Source of the DNA: Diadema antillarum
Lineage: Eukaryota
NCBI RefSeq assembly: GCF_040938485.1
Contig: NW_027271737.1
Coordinates: 930,001-994,000, forward strand
Direction: 5' to 3'
DNA length: 64,000 nucleotides
The translations under genes and the position numbers were made by a program. Position 1 is the stretch's first letter. Every line of letters starts with the position of its first letter. The notes beneath the pieces were generated by a model. That model was not told the DNA's origin, made no database searches, and saw only the letters and a list, made by a program, of their open reading frames with translations. Shown here piece by piece: positions 52,301-63,300 of the stretch.

Positions 52301-55300
52301 CATCAAAAGAGACTGTTTTTCAATTACATCTGGAATTTCCGAACATCAAGATATGTAAAACAATAAATCATCATCTAAGTCATGGAAAGCGCTATATACG
52401 TAATTTGTCTTTCAAGACCATAGATTATTTGATATTTCAGCTCTGTCTAATACGAATATAATTGATCCATAACGACAATGTTCTCATGTTATTGTTTTTT
52501 TATCTCAACATTTACAGAAACGACAACTCTGGGTCAGTCAGGTAGGTCTAAGTCTCCATTATTATAATTGCAATTTTTGAATTAACAATTACACACACAC
52601 AAATGAGTTATCACGAAAAAATTATTGCTTTAGTATCAAACTGGTTTCGACTCTTCTTCGCTCTAACTCTTCTCTTAAATAAAAAAAAACAACTTTCTCT
52701 CAACTCTCATAATCACTTAGTGATAGATACATGCGTATCGTGTTTTTTTTTTTTTTTTTTTTTTTACAGAAGTCACAACAAGGTCGCGAACGCGAGCGAC
52801 AACTACTACTGCTCCAGGAACCGAGCAAACAACAGCTGTGGTAGAGGAAACTACTGCAACTCCTGAAGCAACAACTACAACTCAGACAACTGTTACATCG
52901 ACCACAACAGTAGGACAGGAATCTACAACGCCAGGTAACTTATCACTTTCATTTTTGCAGAACTCGTGTTCGAAGACTTAAAACCTGAATTATGTCATGT
53001 AAAACTAGAAGGCGGTCACTCAACTCTTTCATGTTAGCATAACCTCTTCCTTCATCTACATTCTGCTTTATGGTATCCAGCAACCCAGTTTGCTTAACTA
53101 AACGAATGACTAAAATGCATATGTTAATATCTCTCTCAATGACTTTAACGTGTTACTGTTCACTTAACAATATTGTACCCTACAAATTCGTCGTCACGCC
53201 CATCTACATCCAAGACATTTCTTTTATTTACCAGCTGCTTGCAGAAAACCACTGGATGGCGTGGATCTTGATACTAAATTGGAAGTTTTACTTGACAACA
53301 ATAAAACCAACCTTTGGAGCGAACCTACTTCAGAGAGGACAGTGAAGGTCACTGTCAAATCAGTCGATGACACCTCAGACCTGACGATTAAGATATCAGC
53401 TGTCAGCATAAGCACAACCAATGGTTCACCTCCCGATAGCGTTACAATTGGTGTCCTCTCGTCCAGCGATGGACCTGTTGAACGCGAATTTACAGCTCAA
53501 CCCGGAGACGATCAGACTCAAGGAATGTACGAGCTTCGAAACTTGACTGGTTTGAATGAAGTTTATTTCGAAATCACTCTTCCTGACGACTACAACGTGG
53601 CAGATTCGGAATTGACGGTGACATTCAGAGGATGTATTGAAACAGGTAATTTCATTTCTTTATGCGCTGAAGAAGTCCTCATTCATCTCTTTTGTTCTTG
53701 TATATGATCTATACATTTCTCCCACTAAATTTAACCACTACCTGCTGATATTGCAACAGCATATCAACTTTGGAATTTTGTGTGATCACAAAAAGATGAT
53801 TGGCAGGTTATTGATTTGGTAAATTTATGTTTATACATTTTTCACCCATTACTCCTGCACTTTAATTCTTTTTTCTAATTAATCAGTCCTCATCCATCTC
53901 TTTTGATCGTGTAATGATCCATTCATATATAACCGGTAACTGCTGATATTCCAACAACACATCAACTTCAGAATTTTAAGTAATCACAAAGAAAAAAAAA
54001 GATAATTGGCATGTTATTGCTTTGGTAGGTTTATGTCCATATATTTCTTGCTGATTATTCTGGTACTTTATAACAGTGCACTCAACTTATCAGCAACAAT
54101 TTCACACTACACTACACTACGATTCATTTTTGTTTCATTAATCAGCAACGGGCATGGAAACAACAGTAGTTACAACCGTTGTAACTACAACTGTACCTAC
54201 CACCACGTCGAAACCCACAACAGTCACTGAAGCTACAACCACAGCTGTTACCACAACAACTCCAATGGGTACTACTAAAACGGAGGAGACCACAAGTGTT
54301 ACTACTGCTACCCCTGCTAAGACCACAACAATGGGTAAAGCCTTGTTGTTTATTTTTTCTCTTTGGTTCAATGGGCTTTCTTTAGAAATTCATCGTGTAA
54401 AGTCACCCTAACCACCCTATCCCATTCCTAGTCATGCCAGTGTATTAATGAGAAAACCTTATTTTTTTTATCATCATCAAAAGAGACTGTTTTTCAATTA
54501 CATCTGGAATTTCCGAACATCAAGATATGTAAAACAATAAATCATCATCTAAGTCATGGAAAGCGCTATATACGTAATTTGTCTTTCAAGACCATAGATT
54601 ATTTGATATTTCAGCTCTGTCTAATACGAATATAATTGATCCATAACGACAATGTTCTCATGTTATTGTTTTTTTATCTCAACATTTACAGAAACGACAA
54701 CTCTGGGTCAGTCAGGTAGGTCTAAGTCTCCATTATTATAATTGCAATTTTTGAATTAACAATTACACACACACAAATGAGTTATCACGAAAAAATTATT
54801 GCTTTAGTATCAAACTGGTTTCGACTCTTCTTCGCTCTAACTCTTCTCTTAAATAAAAAAAAACAACTTTCTCTCAACTCTCATAATCACTTAGTGATAG
54901 ATACATGCGTATCGTGTTTTTTTTTTTTTTTTTTTTTTTACAGAAGTCACAACAAGGTCGCGAACGCGAGCGACAACTACTACTGCTCCAGGAACCGAGC
55001 AAACAACAGCTGTGGTAGAGGAAACTACTGCAACTCCTGAAGCAACAACTACAACTCAGACAACTGTTACATCGACCACAACAGTAGGACAGGAATCTAC
55101 AACGCCAGGTAACTTATCACTTTCATTTTTGCAGAACTCGTGTTCGAAGACTTAAAACCTGAATTATGTCATGTAAAACTAGAAGGCGGTCACTCAACTC
55201 TTTCATGTTAGCATAACCTCTTCCTTCATCTACATTCTGCTTTATGGTATCCAGCAACCCAGTTTGCTTAACTAAACGAATGACTAAAATGCATATGTTA

Positions 55301-56524
55301 ATATCTCTCTCAATGACTTTAACGTGTTACTGTTCACTTAACAATATTGTACCCTACAAATTCGTCGTCACGCCCATCTACATCCAAGACATTTCTTTTA
55401 TTTACCAGCTGCTTGCAGAAAACCACTGGATGGCGTGGATCTTGATACTAAATTGGAAGTTTTACTTGACAACAATAAAACCAACCTTTGGAGCGAACCT
55501 ACTTCAGAGAGGACAGTGAAGGTCACTGTCAAATCAGTCGATGACACCTCAGACCTGACGATTAAGATATCAGCTGTCAGCATAAGCACAACCAATGGTT
55601 CACCTCCCGATAGCGTTACAATTGGTGTCCTCTCGTCCAGCGATGGACCTGTTGAACGCGAATTTACAGCTCAACCCGGAGACGATCAGACTCAAGGAAT
55701 GTACGAGCTTCGAAACTTGACTGGTTTGAATGAAGTTTATTTCGAAATCACTCTTCCTGACGACTACAACGTGGCAGATTCGGAATTGACGGTGACATTC
55801 AGAGGATGTATTGAAACAGGTAATTTCATTTCTTTATGCGCTGAAGAAGTCCTCATTCATCTCTTTTGTTCTTGTATATGATCTATACATTTCTCCCACT
55901 AAATTTAACCACTACCTGCTGATATTGCAACAGCATATCAACTTTGGAATTTTGTGTGATCACAAAAAGATGATTGGCAGGTTATTGATTTGGTAAATTT
56001 ATGTCTATACATTTTTCACCCATTACTCCTGCACTTTAATTCTTTTTTCTAATTAATCAGTCCTCATCCATCTCTTTTGATCGTGTAATGATCCATTCAT
56101 ATATAACCGGTAACTGCTGATATTCCAACAACACATCAACTTCAGAATTTTAAGTAATCACAAAGAAAAAAAAAGATAATTGGCATGTTATTGCTTTGGT
56201 AGGTTTATGTCCATATATTTCTTGCTGATTATTCTGGTACTTTATAACAGTGCACTCAACTTATCAGCAACAATTTCACACTACACTACACTACGATTCA
56301 TTATTGTTTCATTAATCAGCAACGGGCATGGAAACAACAGTAGTTACAACCGTTGTAACTACAACTGTACCTACCACCACGTCGAAACCCACAACAGTCA
56401 CTGAAGCTACCACCACAGCTGTTACCACAACAACTCCGATGGGTACTACTAGGATGGAGGAGACCACAACTCTTTCTACTACTACTACTCCTGCTCAGAC
56501 TACAGCAACGGGTAAAGCCTTGTT

Positions 56525-56555
<31 letters not shown>

Positions 56556-59500
56556 GGCAAATGAACTTTCTTTATAAATTAATATCGTAAGTTAACACTT
56601 CCCTTCTATCCCAATTTAAGGCATGGAATTTAGTTGAGAATAATGTTCTAAATTGACTACTGGTGGCATTTTAAGACTTAGGAGATTGTCATCGCTACAA
56701 TACAATACATTGTTATGTATTCCAAAACAACATTTGCACCAACAACTAAAGTGGTAGTAGTGGAGACAACTGCTACTCAGTCGACCATCACATATACCAC
56801 TTGAGCAACTGAGCAACCAACAACAGCACCAGGTAATTTCCATTCCATTCTAATACGATTCATGTCCCATTAGTATAAACATCAACGGTAGTGGAACGCT
56901 ATGGTATGGCCAAAATATTTTACCAAATAACTGAGACGAACGATTGACCATTCTTTTCAGAATGCTACGAGCCACAAGAGCCATTGCAAGAAGTCACTGC
57001 CTTGACATACGAAGCCAGCTTCAGTCAGCCTACTACTATCAGAGGAATCAAACTACCTGCCAGCAGCTTCCCTACAATGACTACAGTAGTATTCAGGATC
57101 AGGCGCGCCGAAGGAGATGAATGGATTATCGTTCCTGCACAGAGCACAGAATCAGGATCTGGTGACTTCTCCGGTTCAGGATCGGGAGAGTCAGAGAGTC
57201 AGGTAAATCCTAAATAGACAAGTATTCCCTTGTTCTACACAGAACATACATTACCACTTCTTGTATTAATACGTTATAAAAGGAAAATGGGCGGTATTTC
57301 GCCTGTATCTTCTATTAACCCTTTATGTGCTTTGAGTGTTGATTTGCACGTACAACCCTAAAGCACTGTATCGATATCCAACGACCATAAATGATAGAGA
57401 AATGCTTAACAATATCCTTTATCTTCAGTGTACCAGTCCTAGCTGTCAAATCTCTACTTATCATCTTCTCTGATTCCTCGTACTAAAACTTGTTATCTTT
57501 CTTGGAAAAACATTATTATGTCACCCCTTTATTGCAGTCGTATTTCAAACATATTTGATTTTCCGGATTTGCATTTGCATTTTTGAACATTGTTTGGTCC
57601 AGACATCAAATAGGAAAGTTGTACTAATGCATTGATTAATTTCTTTGTATTCTTCATAGGGCGAAGTGACGTTTTCTTTGAGTGACTCTGCTCCAACGAA
57701 CCTCTGGCTTCCATCCGAATTGGGGCCTGTGCGAGCTATCGAAGCAACCTTTGGAGAAGCACTTAATCTAGGAAATGAAATCGAGGTCTACGGCTGTCAG
57801 GGTAGGTGCACTTTAAGCGACTTATTCAAAAACAACACTCTTATGTGGACAAGTTCTTGTGAGTTCAAACGGAAAATTCTCGTTCACGATTAAAATTCAA
57901 ACAGTTCTATCTAACGTGTCTCTCGTAATCCTTAAAAGTTCTAGTTACGCAGAAAAGGAATATACTATGATTTATTTCTAATCATTTGATTCTTTATCCA
58001 TGTATAGATTATAAGACACATTGCATTCACTCCGTGCGCTATGAGCGGTATAATCAGTGAACTTACAGCATTTTAAGTTGTTAGTTATGGCCAGATCAAT
58101 TTCATTAAAAAGGTTCCTATGGATTTATTTTCCCCTTTGTTTGTATATTACCGCAGGACCCACTCCGGCTCCAACCACGAGAGGTACCTCTCCCCCAGGT
58201 AATACATTACATTTTTATAGAAATATTAGGTTTTCTCGGTTTGGTCAAATACCATGAAACATTGAATAAGTATAAAAAATAATAATATTTCTTTTAAAGC
58301 TCAATACCACAGCGAAGCGCCAACGCTGCAATCTCATTTTTTTCCTCAACATCTAAAGCGATGTCACTGTTTTTTTTTTCAAAATACACTTGAAATCATC
58401 ATCTAAGTCAAGGAAAGAAGGAAAATTGTCTTTGAAGATATAATTATTTCATATTTCACCTCCGTCTAATACGACTGTATTCGATCCAGAAGGAGAATGT
58501 TCTCATTTGTTTCTTTCTCTCAACATTTACAGAAACGACAACTCTGGGTCAGTCAGGTAGGTCTACGTCTTCATTGTATTTCTAACCTTTTTGAATTAAC
58601 ATGTACCAAAAAAAGAAAATCAGATATCACTAAATGATAATTGCTTTAAGATCAAACTGGTTTCGACTATTCTTCGCCATAAGTCTTCTCTTTAAAAACA
58701 AATGTATCTCAACTGTCAAAAACACTGAGTGAAAGATACATGTGTGTCGTTTTCTCCTTTTTCACAGAAGTGACAACAAGGACGCGAACGCGAGCGACAA
58801 CGACTACTGCTCCAGGAACCGAGCAAACAACAGCAGTAGTAGAGGAAACTACTGCCACTCCTGAAGCAACAACTACAACTCAGACAACTGTTACATCGAC
58901 CACAACAGCACGACAGGAATCTACAACGCCAGGTAACTTCTCACTTCCATTTTTCCAAGACTCGTGTCCGAAGACGTAAAACCTGAATTATGTCATGTAA
59001 AACTAGAAGGCGGTCACTCAACTCTTTCGTGTTAGCGTAACCTCTTCCTTCATCTTCATTCTGCTTGATGGTATCCAGCAACCAAGTTTGCTTAACTAAA
59101 CGAATGACTAAAATGCATACGTTAATATCTCTTTCAATGACTTTAACGTGTTACTGTTCACTTAACAATATTGTACCCTACAAATTCGTCGTCACGCCCG
59201 TCTACATCCAAGACATTTCTTTTATTTACCAGCTGCTTGCAGAAAACCACTGGATGGCGTGGATCTCGATACTAAATTGGAAGTTTTACTTGACAACAAT
59301 AAAACCAACCTTTGGAGCGAACCTACTTCAGAGAGGACAGTGAAGGTCACTGTCAAATCAGTCGATGACACCTCAGACCTGACGATTAAGATATCAGCTG
59401 TCAGCATAAGCACAACCAATGGTTCACCTCCCGATAGCGTTACAATTGGTGTCCTCTCGTCCAGCGATGGACCTGTTGAACGCGAATTTACAGCTCAACC

Positions 59501-60348
59501 CGGAGACGATCAGACTCAAGGAATGTACGAGCTTCGAAACTTGACTGGTTTGAATGAAGTTTATTTCGAAATCACTCTTCCTGACGACTACAACGTGGCA
59601 GATTCGGAATTGACGGTGACATTCAGAGGATGTATTGAAACAGGTAATTTCATTTCTTTATGCGCTGAAGAAGTCCTCATTCATCTCTTTTGTTCTTGTA
59701 TATGATCTATACATTTCTCCCACTAAATTTAACCACTACCTGCTGATATTGCAACAGCATATCAACTTTGGAATTTTGTGTGATCACAAAAAGATGATTG
59801 GCAGGTTATTGATTTGGTAAATTTATGTCTATACATTTTTCACCCATTACTCCTGCACTTTAATTCTTTTTTCTAATTAATCAGTCCTCATCCATCTCTT
59901 TTGATCGTGTAATGATCCATTCATATATAACCGGTAACTGCTGATATTCCAACAACACATCAACTTCAGAATTTTAAGTAATCACAAAGAAAAAAAAAGA
60001 TAATTGGCATGTTATTGCTTTGGTAGGTTTATGTCCATATATTTCTTGCTGATTATTCTGGTACTTTATAACAGTGCACTCAACTTATCAGCAACAATTT
60101 CACACTACACTACACTACGATTCATTATTGTTTCATTAATCAGCAACGGGCATGGAAACAACAGTAGTTACAACCGTTGTAACTACAACTGTACCTACCA
60201 CCACGTCGAAACCCACAACAGTCACTGAAGCTACCACCACAGCTGTTACCACAACAACTCCGATGGGTACTACTAGGATGGAGGAGACCACAACTCTTTC
60301 TACTACTACTACTCCTGCTCAGACTACAACAATGGGTAAAGCCTTGTT

Positions 60349-60379
<31 letters not shown>

Positions 60380-63300
60380 GGCAAATGAACTTTCTTTATA
60401 AATTAATATCGTAAGTTAACACTTCCCTTCTATCCCAATTTAAGGCATGGAATTTAGTTGAGAATAATGTTCTAAATTGACTACTGGTGGCATTTTAAGA
60501 CTTAGGAGATTGTCATCGCTACAATACAATACATTGTTATGTATTCCAAAACAACATTTGCACCAACAACTAAAGTGGTAGTAGTGGAGACAACTGCTAC
60601 TCAGTCGACCATCACATATACCACTTGAGCAACTGAGCAACCAACAACAGCACCAGGTAATTTCCATTCCATTCTAATACGATTCATGTCCCATTAGTAT
60701 AAACATCAACGGTAGTGGAACGCTATGGTATGGCCAAAATATTTTACCAAATAACTGAGACGAACGATTGACCATTCTTTTCAGAATGCTACGAGCCACA
60801 AGAGCCATTGCAAGAAGTCACTGCCTTGACATACGAAGCCAGCTTCAGTCAGCCTACTACTATCAGAGGAATCAAACTACCTGCCAGCAGCTTCCCTACA
60901 ATGACTACAGTAGTATTCAGGATCAAACGCGCCGAAGGAGATGAATGGATTATTGTTCCTGCACAGAGCACAGAATCAGGATCTGGTGACTTCTCCGGTT
61001 CAGGATCGGGAGAGTCAGAGAGTCAGGTAAATCCTAAATAGACAAGTATTCCCTTGTTCTACACAGAACATACATTACCACTTCTTGTATTAATACGTTA
61101 TAAAAGGAAAATGGGCGGTATTTCGCCTGTATCTTCTATTAACCCTTTATGTGCTTTGAGTGTTGATTTGCACGTACAACCCTAAAGCACTGTATCGATA
61201 TCCAACGACCATAAATGATAGAGAAATGCTTAACAATATCCTTTATCTTCAGTGTACCAGTCCTAGCTGTCAAATCTCTACTTATCATCTTCTCTGATTC
61301 ATAGTACTAAAACTTGTTATCTTTCTTGGAAAAACATTATTATGTCACCCCTTTATTGCAGTCGTATTTCAAACATATTTGATTTTCCGGATTTGCATTT
61401 GCATTTTCTGAACATTGTTTGGTCCAGACATCAAATTGGAAAGTTGTACTAATGCATTGATTAATTTCTTTGTATTCTTCATAGGGCGAAGTGACGTTTT
61501 CTTTGAGTGACTCTGCTCCAACGAACCTCTGGCTTCCATCCGAATTGGGGCCTGTGCGAGCTATCGAAGCAATCTTTGGAGAAGCACTTAATCTAGGAAA
61601 TGAAATCGAGGTCTACGGCTGTCAGGGTAGGTGCACTTTAAGCGACTTATTCAAAAACAACACTCTTATGTGGACAAGTTCTTGTGAGTTCAAACGGAAA
61701 ATTCTCGTTCACGATTAAAATTCAAACAGTTCTATCTAACGTGTCTCTCGTAATCCTTAAAAGTTCTAGTTACGCAGAAAAGGAATATACTATGATTTAT
61801 TTCTAATCATTTGATTCTTTATCCATGTATAGATTATAAGACACATTGCATTCACTCCGTGCGCTATGAGCGGTATAATAAGTGAACTTACAGCATTTTA
61901 AGTTGTTAGTTATGGCCAGATCAATTTCATTAAAAAGGTTCCTATGGATTTATTTTCCCCTTTGTTTGTATATTACCGCAGGACCCACTCCGGCTCCAAC
62001 CACGAGAGGTACCTCTCCCCCAGGTAATACATTGTATTTTTATAGAAATATTAGGTTTTCTCGGTTTGGTCAAATACCATGAAACATTGAATAAGTAAAA
62101 AAAATAATAATATTTCTTTTAAAGCTCAATACCACAGCGAAGCGCCAAACGCTGCAATCTCATTTTTTTCCTCAACATCTAAAGCGATGACACTGTTTTT
62201 TTTTTTTCAAAATACACTTGAAATCATCATCTAAGTCAAGGAAAGAAGGAAAATTGTCTTTGAAGATATAATTATTTCATATTTCACCTCTGTCTAATAC
62301 GACTGTATTCGATCCAGAAGGAGAATGTTCTCATTTGTTTCTTTCTCTCAACATTTACAGAAACGACAACTCTGGGTCAGTCAGGTAGGTCTACCTCTCC
62401 ATTGTATTTCTAACCTTTTTCAATTAACATGTACCAAAAAAAGAAAATCAGATATCACTAAATGATAATTGCTTTAAGATCAAACTGGTTTCAACTATTC
62501 TTCGCCATAAGTCTTCTCTTTAAAAACAAATGTCTCTCAACTGTCAAAAACACTGAGTGAAAGATACATGTGTGTCGTTTTCTCCTTTTTCACAGAAGTG
62601 ACAACAAGGACGCGAACGCGAGCGACAACGACTACTGCTCCAGGAACCGAGCAAACAACAGCAGTAGTAGAGGAAACTACTGCCACTCCTGAAGCAACAA
62701 CTACAACTCAGACATCTGTTACATCGACCACAACAGCACGACAGGAATCTACAACGCCAGGTAACTTCTCACTTCCATTTTTCCAAGACTCGTGTCCGAA
62801 GACGTAAAACCTGAATTATGTCATGTAAAACTAGAAGGCGGTCACTCAACTCTTTCGTGTTAGCGTAACCTCTTCCTTCATCTTCATTCTGCTTGATGGT
62901 ATCCAGCAACCAAGTTTGCCTAACTAAACGAATGACTAAAATGCATATGTTAATATCTCTTTCAATGACTTTAACGTGTTACTGTTCACTTAACAATATT
63001 GTACCCTACAAATTCGTCGTCACGCCCGTCTACATCCAAGACATTTCTTTTATTTACCAGCTGCTTGCAGAAAACCACTGGATGGCGTGGATCTTGATAC
63101 TAAATTGGAAGTTTTACTTGACAACAATAAAACCAACCTTTGGAGCGAACCTACTTCAGAGAGGACAGTGAAGGTCACTGTCAAATCAGTCGATGACACC
63201 TCAGACCTGACGATTAAGATATCAGCTGTCAGCATAAGCACAACCAATGGTTCACCTCCCGATAGCGTTACAATTGGTGTCCTCTCGTCCAGCGATGGAC

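Noticed and set aside
10083-60667. Many minus-strand Val-rich or Cys/Trp-rich ORFs (e.g. 10083-10334, 12043-12270, the MEITWCCC... and MVVLMLTAD... series)
   Set aside because: They are antisense shadows of Thr-rich (ACN) codons and of repeated exons. They recur only because the DNA is duplicated, and they have no independent splice or domain support.
27550-63171. Repeated + strand ORFs MMVSSNQV..., MKQVISF..., MACYCFG..., MNLQHFK...
   Set aside because: They lie in introns or alternative frames overlapping real exons, and recur only through tandem duplication
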